64,000 nt of DNA from Kofleriaceae bacterium (GTDB taxonomy: Bacteria; Myxococcota_A; Polyangia; Haliangiales; Haliangiaceae): contig CBDCCZ010000003.1 in the NCBI GenBank assembly GCA_965215005.1, forward strand, positions 1 through 64,000, written 5' to 3'. Positions 11,003-22,961 of the stretch are shown here, in pieces. A program made the translations under genes and the position numbers. The notes beneath the pieces were generated by a model that worked only from the letters and a program-made list of their open reading frames with translations, had not been told where the DNA came from and searched no databases. Numbering within the stretch: the stretch's first letter is position 1; each line of letters begins with the position of its first letter.

Positions 11003-11093
11003 CTTGCGACCATACTCCACGTTCGCGGCGCTGCGGGGCACAAGCCGCGGTCGTTGCCCGCCGCCGCTGGCGACGAACGTCTATAGTCGGGCG

Positions 11094-11519
11094 ATGCGGC
11101 CGGTCACTGTAATTCGCGCGCTCCTGTGGATCGGCGTGGCCGTGTCGTGGTGGGCGCTCAACCTGCGCTGGGGCGCCGACCTCGATGTCGGCAGCGGTCC
11201 ACCGGCGCAGCTCGAACGATTGGTGGTGGGCAGCGCGCTGCTCGTTACCATTGCCGCATTGGCGCTGTCGGTCTCGGGGCGCGGCGCGGTGCCGCCGGCG
11301 AGCTGGGCCAAAGGCATCGCTGTCGCGGCGGCTCTGGCGGCCCTTGGCTGTACGCTGATGGCGCGTAGTCAAGCTGTGACCACCCGCGTCGCGCACGTGC
11401 TGCAAGGGCCGGGCTGGCCGTGGATGCTCGTTGGCGCCGGACTCGCCACCGGGTGCGCCTTGGCGGCATGGGGACTGCGCCGCCCACCTTCGAGGCAGCG
11501 CCGAACCTTTCGCCGCTAG
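11094..11519 (+). CDS. Hypothetical membrane protein (about 4 TM)
   Basis: ATG at 11094; four hydrophobic segments, basic tail. Confidence 0.65.
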   Translation: MRPVTVIRALLWIGVAVSWWALNLRWGADLDVGSGPPAQLERLVVGSALLVTIAALALSVSGRGAVPPASWAKGIAVAAALAALGCTLMARSQAVTTRVAHVLQGPGWPWMLVGAGLATGCALAAWGLRRPPSRQRRTFRR

Positions 11520-11528
11520 CGCAAATGC

Positions 11529-11714
11529 TCAGCTCGGCGACAAGAACGCCGGCACGAACATCAGCACCAACCCGAGCAAGGCGAGCAACATCGCCAGCGG
11601 TGCGGCGATGCCGAGCAGGACGTCGCGCGGCCGGCCGACGCGATACATCGCGCCAACCGCGTAGGCTACAGCCGCCCCGCCACCAGCAAGCAGCAACAGC
11701 CCCACGACGCGCAC
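11529..11714 (-). CDS. Small two-TM hypothetical protein
   Basis: 61 aa with two hydrophobic helices; fills the gap convergent with the previous gene. Confidence 0.6.
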   Translation of the reverse strand: MRVVGLLLLAGGGAAVAYAVGAMYRVGRPRDVLLGIAAPLAMLLALLGLVLMFVPAFLSPS

Positions 11715-11936
11715 GCTGCAAACGGTAGCACGACCGTACGTTGCGGTCTCGCCGAATTGCTGGCCTCCGCATGACGCTCTGCTTCATCGAGCCGCCATCT
11801 TGGAGGTGTCGCTGTCATCGAACGCCTTGGGAAGCCTTCCGAAGCGGGCTAGGCAGGTCAGCAGCACGACATTGCTTGATTAGACGCGGCGTTAGCAGCT
11901 ACGTTCCCGTCAAACGGCAAACGAGGGGAGCTTGCG

Positions 11937-12959
11937 ATGAGACTTGGTACTCGCCTTACGCATTTGGGGATAGTTACGTGCTTGGCTCTGCCACTCGCTG
12001 GCTGCGGCGGTGACGACGACAGCGGCGATGGCGTCGATGAGCAGCCTGCGGTCGATCCCGCCGGCACCAACCACACCTACGTCATCAGCGAAATCTTGCT
12101 GCCGGACACACCCGCGGAAGCGCGCGAGTTCGGCATCGACCTCGACCTTGATGACCGCGCCGTTCCGGACAATCAGCTCGGGTTGATTCTTCCCGGTCTC
12201 GCGGGACTGGGGCAAGTCGATCTGCAGAGCGCTCTTAGCGAGCAGGTTCAAGACGGCGGCATTCAGCTGCTAGCAAACATCAAAGCCACCGACCTCACCC
12301 AAGCCAGTGGCGCGGGCGCGTGGATCTATCTCGGCGAAAATCCCACTCCGGCGCCGTGCACCGATCCCGATGACCCCACGACCTGCGGTCAGCACCTCGA
12401 AGGCAATGCCACGTTCGACATCGCGTCGAGCTCGCCGACTGACGCGTTCGTCTCGGGAAACATCATCGGTGGCCAGTTCACCGGCGGCCCGGGCAACATC
12501 ACCGTGCAAATCGCGTTGGTCGAAGGCAGCGCGCCGCTCACGCTCAACCTGATCGCGGCGCGCATGCAGATCGGCATGGTCAGCGATGACGGCCTGATCA
12601 GCGGCAAGTTGGCCGGCGGCATCCTGGAGAGCGAGCTCAAGACGGTGATCCTGCCGGGGCTGGTCGATATCATGGCCAGCATCTTCGAAGAAGACTGCCC
12701 GTCGACCACGCCGCCGTGTTGCACTGAGAGCTCGGTGGGCGCCTCGCTCATGGGCCAATTCGACAAAGACAATAGCTGCACCGTCACCGTCGAAGAGGTC
12801 GAAAACAGCAGCTTGATTAGCGCCTTCCTGATGCCGGACGTCGATCTCCTCGACGACGATGGCAACTACAGCCCCACCGCTGGCGATGAAGCGGTGCCCG
12901 ACGCACTGTCCGTGGGCTTAGGTTTCACCGCGGTTCCCGCCGAATTCACGGTCCCCTGA
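11937..12959 (+). CDS. Acidic myxobacterial-type lipoprotein, unknown function
   Basis: GAGGGGAG RBS, lipobox LAGC followed by GGDDD, paired cysteines. Confidence 0.8.
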   Translation: MRLGTRLTHLGIVTCLALPLAGCGGDDDSGDGVDEQPAVDPAGTNHTYVISEILLPDTPAEAREFGIDLDLDDRAVPDNQLGLILPGLAGLGQVDLQSALSEQVQDGGIQLLANIKATDLTQASGAGAWIYLGENPTPAPCTDPDDPTTCGQHLEGNATFDIASSSPTDAFVSGNIIGGQFTGGPGNITVQIALVEGSAPLTLNLIAARMQIGMVSDDGLISGKLAGGILESELKTVILPGLVDIMASIFEEDCPSTTPPCCTESSVGASLMGQFDKDNSCTVTVEEVENSSLISAFLMPDVDLLDDDGNYSPTAGDEAVPDALSVGLGFTAVPAEFTVP

Positions 12960-12981
12960 GCATCTCAGCTGCGGAACCACT

Positions 12982-13015
12982 GCAGGCGGCGCCTCGCGGG
13001 CGCCGTTTGCGTTTT
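12982..13015 (+). terminator. Probable intrinsic terminator
   Basis: GCAGGCGGCGCC / GGCGCCGTTTGC stem (with G-U pairs) followed by GTTTT, 22 nt after the lipoprotein stop. Confidence 0.6.
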
Positions 13016-13062
13016 CGGCGCCTTCGCTTGTAATCAGCCGTCGGCATCGCCAGGATCCGTCC

Positions 13063-14142
13063 ATGCGACACGCGGTCATCTTGGCCGGTGGCGGTGGTAC
13101 GCGGCTGTGGCCGGCGTCTCGCCAAGCCCGTCCCAAACAGTTCCTGCCGCTCGGCGCTCGCCCCGGCGAAACGCTGCTGCGCGCTACGGTGCGGCGGGTT
13201 GCCGGCGTGTGCGCTCCCGAGCGCGTGATGATCGTCGCGGGGGCCGAGCACGTGGCTCAGGTGCGACAAGACGTTCCCGAGCTGCCTCCCCGAGCAGTCA
13301 TCGCCGAGCCCATCGCGCGCAACACCGCCGCCGCGTTGGGGCTTGCCGCGGTGCACCTTCGACATCACGACCCTGAAGCGGTGTTGGCGGCGCTGCCCGC
13401 CGATCATCACATCGAGGAGGAAGCCGCCTTCACGGAGCTCGCCGAGCGCGCGTTCGCCGCCGCCGAGGCGACCGGCGCCATCGTCACCATCGGCATCGTT
13501 CCCACCCGCCCCGAGACCGGATATGGCTACGTAAAGACCAGCGACCGCACGGAAGGCGGCGCGATCGTGGTCGAGCGCTTCGTCGAGAAGCCCGATCGCG
13601 CCACCGCCGAGGCGTACGTGGCCGATGCCAGCTATCTGTGGAATGCGGGGATGTTCTTCGTGCGCGCCCAGTCGCTGCTCGAGGCCATTGCCGCTCACCT
13701 GCCGGCCACTGCCGATGCGCTCGATGCCATCGCCGATGCCCTTGCCGAGGGTGGCGAGACCGCCGCGACCGAGGTAGCCACGCGCGTGTATCCCGCGCTG
13801 GCGCCCGTATCGATCGACGTTGGCGTCATGGAGCGCGCCGAGCGCGTGCTCACCTTGCGCGGCGAGTTCGGCTGGAACGATGTCGGCTCATGGGCCGCGC
13901 TCGCCGATTATCAGGCTCACGATGCCCACGGTAACGTCGCCCAGGCCACGCTGATCGCGCATCAAGCCAGCAACAACATCGTCGTTGCCGATGACGACTG
14001 TGCTATTGCGCTCGTGGGCGTCGATCACCTGGTGGTCGTCAAAGCGGGAAACGCCGTGCTCGTGATGCCTCGCGAGCGCGCTCAAGATGTTCGCGCTATC
14101 GTCGAGGCGCTTCGCGAGCGCGGTCTGCACACTTACCTATAG
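13063..14142 (+). CDS. manC: Mannose-1-phosphate guanylyltransferase
   Basis: ILAGGGGTRLWPASR..PKQF, EPIARNTA, ETGYGY, FVEKPD, WNAGMF, WNDVGSW. Confidence 0.95.
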   Translation: MRHAVILAGGGGTRLWPASRQARPKQFLPLGARPGETLLRATVRRVAGVCAPERVMIVAGAEHVAQVRQDVPELPPRAVIAEPIARNTAAALGLAAVHLRHHDPEAVLAALPADHHIEEEAAFTELAERAFAAAEATGAIVTIGIVPTRPETGYGYVKTSDRTEGGAIVVERFVEKPDRATAEAYVADASYLWNAGMFFVRAQSLLEAIAAHLPATADALDAIADALAEGGETAATEVATRVYPALAPVSIDVGVMERAERVLTLRGEFGWNDVGSWAALADYQAHDAHGNVAQATLIAHQASNNIVVADDDCAIALVGVDHLVVVKAGNAVLVMPRERAQDVRAIVEALRERGLHTYL

Positions 14143-14149
14143 AGCACCC

Positions 14150-15528
14150 ATGAACACCCGAGTTTTTCGAGAATATGACATTCGCGGCCAAGCCGACCGC
14201 GACTTCTCCGATGAGTTTGTTCAGGATCTCGGCCGCGCCTTCGCCACCTTCGTGCGTCGCGCCAGCACCGACGAGCGTCCCGTGGTTGCGATCGGGCGCG
14301 ACTGCCGGCTCACGTCGCCGCGGCTGCGCGAAGCGCTCATCGCCGGCGTAACTGGTGGTGGCTGCGACGTGATCGATATCGGCGTGGTGCCAACCCCGGT
14401 GCTGTATTTCGCGGCGCACGAGTTCACCACCTCCGGCGCCATCATCATCACCGGCAGTCACAATCCTGCAGAAGACAACGGCTTCAAAATGATGCGTGGA
14501 CCTCCACGCTGCACGGCGACGACATCCGCGCGCTGCGCGAGCTCATGGAACGCGGCGATTACGAGCCCGCCGCTGAGCCAGGCGAGGTCACCGAGCGCGA
14601 TGTGCTGGAGCCATATCTCGAGCACGCGCAGAGCACGTTGCAGCTTGGTAAGCGCCGATTCAAAGTGGTTGTCGATGCGGGCAACGGCGCGGGCGGCCCG
14701 GCCGCCGTGCGCCTGTATCAGGCGCTGGGCTTCGAGGTCGTGCCGCTGTATTGTGAGATGGACGGCCGGTTTCCCAATCATCATCCCGACCCAACCGTGG
14801 AAGAGAACGTCGCTGAGCTGCGTGCCGCGGTGACGCGAGAAGGCGCTGAGCTCGGCATCGCGCTCGATGGCGACGCGGATCGCATTGGCGCGGTCGACGG
14901 CCAAGGACGCATCATCTGGGGCGATCAGCTGATGATCCTCTTTGGCAAACAGATCTTGGAGGAGTACCCCGGAGCCACCTTCATCGGCGAAGTGAAGTGC
15001 TCGCAAGCGCTTTACGATGAGCTCGCCGCCGCCGGCGGCAAACCCATCATGTGGAAAGTCGGCCATTCACTCATCAAGGCCAAGATGAAAGAAGAGCGCG
15101 CGCAGCTCGCTGGCGAGATGAGCGGACACATCTTCTTCGCCAATCGCTACCTCGGCTTCGACGATGGCATCTACGCCGGCGCCCGCCTCATCGAGCTGCT
15201 GTCGCGATCAGAGACCACGTTGACCGAGCTGTATGACCAGCTGCCGGTCATGCTCAATACCCCTGAGATTCGCCTCGACTGCCCCGATGACCGCAAGTTC
15301 GACGTGGTCGCCGCCGCCACCGCGCGACTTCGCGCCCGAGACGACGTCACCGAGGTCGTCGAGGTCGATGGCGCCCGCGCCAACTTCGGCGATGGCTGGG
15401 GGCTGGTGCGCGCCTCGAACACGCAGCCGGCGCTGGTATTGCGCTGCGAGGCCACCAGCGCCGAGCGGCTGGCGGCGATTCGCGCGATCATCGAGGACGA
15501 AATCGAGGCCGCGAGGTCGGAGCAATGA
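14150..15528 (+). pseudogene. Phosphomannomutase/phosphoglucomutase split by a 1-bp frameshift near 14500 (real lesion or assembly error)
   Basis: First frame: FREYDIRG, TGSHNP..DNGFK; second frame continues STLHGDDIR..., FPNHHPDP, DGDADR, GEMSGH, VRASNTQP; joined length about 459 aa. Confidence 0.9.
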
Positions 15529-16526
15529 CACCGGGCTACGCGATTGGCGTCGACCTCGGCGGGACCAACTTGCGGGTCGCGCTGCTGCAGGGCTCGAGCG
15601 CGCCCGAGCCGTTGGCCCAGCGCCGCGAGCTGGTTGGCTTCGAGCGCGATCCAGCCGCCGTGACCGCCCGCTTGGGTGCCGCCATTCGCGCCCTACTGGC
15701 AACCGCGGGCCAGCTCGAGGGCGACGAGCTCATCCCAGTCGGCATTGGGATTGCCGCCATGCTCCGCGGCAAAGACGGCATGATCGCGCACTCGCCGCAC
15801 CTGCACTGGTACGACACCCCGTTCGGCGAGATGATGCAGGCTGAGCTGGGACCGCGCCACCCGGTGTTCGTCTACAACGACGTCAATGCCATCACCTACG
15901 GCGAGTTCGCGCTCGGCGCCGGCCGCGACGTCGACGACGTGCTGGCGGTATTCGTCGGCACCGGAATCGGCGGCGGCATCGTCGCTGGTGGTCGCCTCGT
16001 CGAAGGCGCCTCGAACTGCGCCGGCGAGATCGGCCACTTCACGGTCGTGTACGGCGACGATGCCGCGCTTTGCGCGTGTGGCAAACGCGGCTGCGTCGAG
16101 GCCTATGTCGGCGGTCACTACGTGCAAAAGCGCATCCGCGAAGAGCTGGCAGCTGGCATTCCCTCCGCCGCCACCAAGCTCGTCGGCTGCACCGACTTAG
16201 TCACCCCCACCCATCTCGATGCGGCCGCCGCCGATGGCGATGACTACGCGCTAGATCTATACGCCGAGCTCGCCCCGCTGCTCGCCGCCACCCTCTCCAA
16301 CGCCGTCACCCTCCTCAACCCCGCCCGCCTCATCCTCGGCGGCGGCATGCTGTCCCGCACCCCGGTGTTTCGCGAGCACGTCGTGGCCGCCTTCGAAGTG
16401 ATCACCATTCCCGCCGCTCTCGATGCCTGCCAAGTCGTCGACGCCGCCCTCGGCGACGATGCCGGCCTCATCGGCAGCGCCACCCTCGCCCTGCGCGCAC
16501 TGAGCCCCCTGCCCAGTCAACCGTAG
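15525..16526 (+). CDS. ROK family sugar kinase (glucokinase-like)
   Basis: GVDLGGTN, NDVNA..GE, GTGIGGG, GEIGH, CACGKRGCVE; ATGA overlap with the upstream gene. Confidence 0.93.
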   Translation: MTPGYAIGVDLGGTNLRVALLQGSSAPEPLAQRRELVGFERDPAAVTARLGAAIRALLATAGQLEGDELIPVGIGIAAMLRGKDGMIAHSPHLHWYDTPFGEMMQAELGPRHPVFVYNDVNAITYGEFALGAGRDVDDVLAVFVGTGIGGGIVAGGRLVEGASNCAGEIGHFTVVYGDDAALCACGKRGCVEAYVGGHYVQKRIREELAAGIPSAATKLVGCTDLVTPTHLDAAAADGDDYALDLYAELAPLLAATLSNAVTLLNPARLILGGGMLSRTPVFREHVVAAFEVITIPAALDACQVVDAALGDDAGLIGSATLALRALSPLPSQP

Positions 16527-16587
16527 AAGAAATCGCAGACATCCCGCGCCCACGGTCGCACTGCAGCTACCGCTACAGAAAAATCTT

Positions 16588-16604
16588 ATTGACGTTTCGT
16601 CAAT
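16588..16604. promoter_or_regulatory. Palindromic operator overlapping a -35-like hexamer of the TA locus
   Basis: ATTGACG-TTT-CGTCAAT perfect inverted repeat containing TTGACG, in an AT-rich patch 22 nt before the toxin-like ORF. Confidence 0.6.
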
Positions 16605-16626
16605 GTTAGGCTAACTCTAGCTTTAG

Positions 16627-16776
16627 GTGCCGTTTGATTTCTCCGCCCCGCTAGCGGCTCCAGCCGTGAAACAGGGGGCATGGAGATATCGAGCGGAGAC
16701 GCAGCGCTTCTGCGTCGTGTTCGAGTTGGACTCCGAGACCGAATGTCTCGTGATCACCGCATGGAGGTTTCAATGA
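16627..16776 (+). pseudogene. Shortened DUF4258-like type II toxin (49 aa; not in the ORF track)
   Basis: GTG..TGA frame reads VPFDFSAPLAAPAVKQGAWRYRAETQRFCVVFELDSETECLVITAWRFQ; its stop overlaps the antitoxin ATG (ATGA). Confidence 0.65.
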
Positions 16777-17255
16777 GGCGATGCCCAGAGTGCCGCGCCG
16801 CCGAGATGGTGCGGACCGACCATGAGAACTATCACTATACCGAGAGCGGGCTCGACGATGTCTACGTTGACGGTGTCACGACGTTCGAGTGCGTGAGCTG
16901 TGGGGCTCGATCGACCCGATTCGTCGCGATCGAGAAGCTGCATACTGCCATCGCGGACGCCATTGTGGCTCGACCCGACCGGCTCGAGGCCAAGGAGATC
17001 AAGTTCCTTCGCAAGCATCTTGGCTATTCCAATAAAGACTTCGCCAAGAGGATGGGCGTGACACCAGAGACTAGCTCGCGATGGACGAGTGGAGAGCTTG
17101 GGATGAACGGGTCCGCGGAAGTGCTCTTACGGCTTCTGGTTCGTCTCGGCGAGAAGGTCGCGGAGTACCCATTTCCCCAACCTGGCGCCGACGCTCGGCC
17201 GATTCGAATCCAGCTCGAGCGTGAAACGAAGACCTGGCGAACCGCTGCAGCGTAA
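16773..17255 (+). CDS. MqsA-like antitoxin (zinc ribbon + XRE HTH)
   Basis: GGAGG RBS; CPEC..YHYTESGLDDVY..CVSCG; EIKFLRKHLGYSNKDFAKRMGVTPETSSRW. Confidence 0.88.
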   Translation: MRRCPECRAAEMVRTDHENYHYTESGLDDVYVDGVTTFECVSCGARSTRFVAIEKLHTAIADAIVARPDRLEAKEIKFLRKHLGYSNKDFAKRMGVTPETSSRWTSGELGMNGSAEVLLRLLVRLGEKVAEYPFPQPGADARPIRIQLERETKTWRTAAA

Positions 17256-17314
17256 AAGCTTCGCTGTCACCGGCGGGAACGCGACTCGCAACGCCGGCTC
17301 GCTGCGCTCGAATG

Positions 17315-18885
<1,571 letters not shown>

Positions 18886-18889
<4 letters not shown>

Positions 18890-19998
18890 GAGTCGCCTTG
18901 CTCGCGCCTGCGGCGATGCGGGTGCTCTCGACGCAAGCGCTCCAAACCCTGCAAGGCAGGCTCGCATCCGCCATCGTGGGCCACCGCCGCTTCGAGCTGG
19001 GTGCTCGCACGCGCGGTGTTGCCGCTGGCGAGAGCGGCGTAGCCAACGCTGGCGTGGTACAGAGCGCGCAACGAGCGGTCGCGCGGATCGGCGTGAAGCG
19101 CGGCGGCAAGCGCCTCTTGCGCCGCTGCGTAGTCGCCGGAATCGAAGGATTGGCGGGCGCGAGCTGTTAGCGACTGCACATCGAGCTCACTCGATCGCTC
19201 CGCCGCCGAGGGCCTCTGTCCGGCGATATCGCTATCGAGGTCGCCCCAGCCAGCCAACCAACCGTCGTGCGGCAATAGCGCCGGACCAGCGGCAATCGCG
19301 CAGCCACGAGCCACGGCGGCATCGCGCATGCGATCATACGCCCGGTTGACATAAATGAAGACCTCTTGCGCAAGGTGGCGAATCGCCGCCGATCGGTAGC
19401 GGCCCAGCACATCTGGATGATAGCGCCTGCTCATCGCCAGGTACGCGCGTCGCACCTCGTCGACGCCTGCGTCCCACACCACCTCGAGCACCTCGTGAGC
19501 GGCTGCTTCGCGCATCGCGACGAGCGTGCTCTCCAGAGCAGCGAACACGCCGCGCTGCGCAATCGGCACGTCTGCCAAGGTCGGAACCCATGGCGGCGCG
19601 AGGGGCTCATCGACCGGGGCATCGCTCGGCTCCGGCGGCGGCGGCTCGACCGGCGGTTGCCGCACAGGGGACGTCGACGGCTGCCGCACAGCCGAGGCTC
19701 GCGCCTGGGACACCAGCTCAGTGAGCCGACTGCGCAGCGCGTCGAAATCGAGGAGCTCGATCGCAACCGTTGCGCGTCCGCCCCCCGTAGCAGCTCGCGC
19801 CGAAGTGACAGCGCCATCGATCGCCAGCACGTCGGCATTGGGCAGCTCGAGTGCAACCGTGATGGCGACGCCGCATTCCGGCTGAAACGGCACGCGAATG
19901 GACAGGACATTTCGATCCTGTAGCTTGCGGGTGTAGAAGGCTTCGACATGGTCCCACGTGGGACAACGGACCTTCAGGGTGCGCGTCGGCGTAGCCAT
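18886..19998 (-). CDS. J-domain protein with PilZ-like N-terminus and C-terminal TPR
   Basis: HEVLEV..VRRAYLAMSRRYHPD..VNRAYD J domain; Pro-rich linker; helical TPR-like tail; stop overlaps the Hsp70 start. Confidence 0.8.
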
Positions 19999-20239
19999 CG
20001 GCGGTAAAACGATGAGCGCTGCAGCGAGGCAGAGGGCCTGTTCCCACCGCAGCGTGTCGATGAACGATAGCCGGTGGCGCGCAGCCAAACAAGTCGCGTT
20101 GCGGCGCACCGACACCGCCGCACGTGCACGCTGAGTCGCTTCCCGCCGCTCCTCCTGCGCGAGCCACGCGACGTCGACTAGGCCAGATTTTTGGCCTGGA
20201 GAGATAGCCGCTCGCAGTTGCTCGGATGCGACTGCCAGC

Positions 20240-20923
20240 TCACTCGGCCGGCATCGGAGTGCTCGCCTCCGCGGTCTCGCCGCGGAGCTTGACGTCGCGG
20301 ATCATGCGTCGCAGGCGCTTGATCTGGTCGCTGCCAAGCTCATCGAACTCCACCCCGACACTGCTCGTCTCGGCTTCGCCGCGGGTCCAGACGACGTGGC
20401 CAGTGAACTCGATGTCCTCGGTGCCGTCGCCAGGCGCCAACACCACCGTCACACGTGCGCCATCGGGAAGGCTTTGCGAGGTGCGCAACGCGATCCCGCG
20501 CGAGCCCATGTCCTCGGTCTCCGCGTGCCCCGCCAGGGGCTCTTCGCGCCCCTCTTGCACCACGTAGCGCGCCGGCATGCGGACCGGAAACCGGCGATGC
20601 CGGCGCTTCCACGATGCGCTCGCGCGTCCCGAGGCGATGGCGATCAAGAAGTCGCGCTTTTGCTCTTCACCAGCGGCGAAGCGAAAGCACTGGTCGGCAT
20701 CGGTGGCGCGGGCTGCGATGGTGCGCGTCAAGATGCGGTTGGGCAGCCCGGGAAAGCCAATCTCCAAGATGACCGACTCGCCTACATCGTAGCGAGCGCG
20801 GGTGGCCACCGCGAGCGTGGCGCTGTCGGCATCGGCATAGGAGGCTTCTGCAGATGCAGGTGAGACCGCGAGACGGTCGAGAAACTCTTTGGCACTGGCG
20901 AAGGTGACGTACAGGATCTTCAT
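20240..20923 (-). CDS. PilZ-domain protein (degenerate N-terminal PilZ-like + canonical C-terminal PilZ)
   Basis: RRHRRFPVR (RxxxR), DMGSRGI (D/NxSxxG-like), GHVVW, GVEF. Confidence 0.85.
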   Translation of the reverse strand: MKILYVTFASAKEFLDRLAVSPASAEASYADADSATLAVATRARYDVGESVILEIGFPGLPNRILTRTIAARATDADQCFRFAAGEEQKRDFLIAIASGRASASWKRRHRRFPVRMPARYVVQEGREEPLAGHAETEDMGSRGIALRTSQSLPDGARVTVVLAPGDGTEDIEFTGHVVWTRGEAETSSVGVEFDELGSDQIKRLRRMIRDVKLRGETAEASTPMPAE

Positions 20924-20960
20924 GTCGCTTCCCCCAAAGCGGCAGTGGAGCGCTATTCTC

Positions 20961-21914
20961 TCACACCCGGCCGAAGCTGCCGAGGGCGATTGCCAACCAA
21001 GGTTCCATGAGCGCATAGGCGAGCGCAGCGGTGGCGAGAAACGGACCGAACGGGAGCTCGACGTGACGCAGTGGTACCTCGACGTCGGCTTCCGCGCGTT
21101 GGTGATCGACCTCTGACTGCTCGGGCTCGCGAGCAACGCCGCCCACGACACCGTTGCGTCGACGCGCGCGAACCCACAGCAGCGCAGCGACGCCGACGAT
21201 AGAGCCGAGGACCGAGCCGCCAAACAACGCGAACACCACGGCGCGCCAGCCAAAGAGAGCACCGACGATCGCCAACAGCTTGCCGTCGCCGTAGCCAAGT
21301 CCCTCGCGCCCGGTGAGGTGATAGTAGCCGTCGGAGATTGCCCGCACCACGCCATACCCAACTGCTATGCCGATCAACCCGTCGCTCCAGTGCCGCTCCG
21401 GCAACAGCAGTCCGAGCAGATAGAACAGGGGAATCGCCGGATAGGTGATCTTGTCGAGAATGAGCTTGTGGTCTAGGTCGATGAAGGTGACGACGACCAG
21501 CACGAACGCCAGCGCCGCATAGATGCAAAAGCGCAGCAGCCGCGTCGGTGTGGGCTCATCGGCGATGCTCATCTCCACCACCGTCACCCAATAGATTGCC
21601 GCGAACAGCATCGCCGTCGCCGCTTCTACCAGCAGATAGCGCGGCGAGAATGTCGCAAGGCAGTCGCGGCAACGGCCCCGCAACCACACATAGCTGAGCA
21701 TCGGGATGTTGTCGTACCAGCGCACCGGAGCCTTGCATTGCGGGCAATGCGACGCCGGCGTGACGACCGACCGACCGCTAGGATGCGCCTCGCTCGGCGG
21801 CCAACGATAGATACAGACGTTGGCGAAGCTGCCAAACAACGCCCCCAGCACGAACGCAAAACCGAGGGCGAGCGGCCCAGCCAAGAGCGGGTCCAAAACC
21901 TCGTCGGCAGGCAT
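20961..21914 (-). CDS. pilD: Type IV prepilin peptidase (A24A)
   Basis: GSFANVCIYRWP, SHCPQC, WYDNIP..RGRCRDC, FIDLDH, GLGYGDGKL, LPFGPFL. Confidence 0.94.
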   Translation of the reverse strand: MPADEVLDPLLAGPLALGFAFVLGALFGSFANVCIYRWPPSEAHPSGRSVVTPASHCPQCKAPVRWYDNIPMLSYVWLRGRCRDCLATFSPRYLLVEAATAMLFAAIYWVTVVEMSIADEPTPTRLLRFCIYAALAFVLVVVTFIDLDHKLILDKITYPAIPLFYLLGLLLPERHWSDGLIGIAVGYGVVRAISDGYYHLTGREGLGYGDGKLLAIVGALFGWRAVVFALFGGSVLGSIVGVAALLWVRARRRNGVVGGVAREPEQSEVDHQRAEADVEVPLRHVELPFGPFLATAALAYALMEPWLAIALGSFGRV

Positions 21915-21971
21915 CCAGCCCCCACGGTACCGCGGTTGACCCGCGCCGTCGAGAAAGCTATTACCCGGATA

Positions 21972-22961
21972 TTGGCCTCGCATGTCCCCATCGTCTCGGT
22001 TCTCGGCGCCGTAGCGCTCCTCCACCTGGCCGCATGCTCAGCCTGCACCGGCTCGGGTGAGGGCTATCCCGACGACAAGCTCGGCGGCCTGGTCGTGGCC
22101 GACGCCGAGCGCGGTCAACCGGTGGAGCTCGAGCGCGCGGCGCGTGAGCCAGCCGAGCTTGCACGCGCTCTCGCGCTCGGACACGACTACCTCGCCGCAG
22201 ACGTGGGCGCGCATCGCTTCGCAGCAACTTCGACGCTACGGGTGAGTAACGGCGATGCGCTGCTCGAACAGCTTACCGTCGAAAATCACATCGACTATGC
22301 CGCTAGCGGCGACTATGCCGCCACGTCGCACAACGATCACGACTATGGCCGCGACATTCTCTATGTCGATGGTCAGCTGTATCTGCGCCCTCGCTACGGC
22401 AAGTATCATCAGCGCGAGCCAGTGCGAGATAGCGAGCCGGCGTCGCTGCGAAATGAGCTTTTCTCGGAGCTAGCCGCGCAGTTCGAGCTGCTCGCTCCTG
22501 GGGTCGAGCTTTCGGATGCCGGCGCCGCGCAACACGCCGGTCGCGCTGCTCGAAAGATCGTCATCGCCAAAGCGCCCAAGGCCACCGCGCCACCCAAGCA
22601 ACCGCTCGAGCATCAACGCTGGCGCCAGACCGCCGTGGTCGAAGACGTCAACGGCTGGGTGCTCCTCGATATCGCTACCGGCGCGCCGCTGAGCGCCGCC
22701 CTCGATGGCGTCGTGAGCTTCATGAAAGAGGGCCAGCGACTGCGCATGAAGCTGCACGTCGAGCACGATGTGCGGGACCTCGGCACTGCCGTACCCGTTG
22801 CCGCGCCGCCCGCCGAAGCCACGGTCGCGACCCACGAGCGCAGCCATGAGGTAGAGGAACGCAATCGGCTGCTCGAAGGCTTGGCGCCGCCGGCGCGCAA
22901 TGCTCCCACTCCACAAAACCCGAGCGGCAGAACCGCCCCTGCCGCCGTCGAGACACCATGA
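21972..22961 (+). CDS. Hypothetical lipoprotein (start uncertain)
   Basis: Hydrophobic leader ending LAAC/SAC; beta-rich body; ATGA coupling to the next gene. Confidence 0.7.
   Translation: MASHVPIVSVLGAVALLHLAACSACTGSGEGYPDDKLGGLVVADAERGQPVELERAAREPAELARALALGHDYLAADVGAHRFAATSTLRVSNGDALLEQLTVENHIDYAASGDYAATSHNDHDYGRDILYVDGQLYLRPRYGKYHQREPVRDSEPASLRNELFSELAAQFELLAPGVELSDAGAAQHAGRAARKIVIAKAPKATAPPKQPLEHQRWRQTAVVEDVNGWVLLDIATGAPLSAALDGVVSFMKEGQRLRMKLHVEHDVRDLGTAVPVAAPPAEATVATHERSHEVEERNRLLEGLAPPARNAPTPQNPSGRTAPAAVETP

Noticed and set aside
14480..14510. Programmed -1 frameshift in the phosphomannomutase
   Set aside because: No X-XXY-YYZ slippery site at the junction and no precedent known to me for this family
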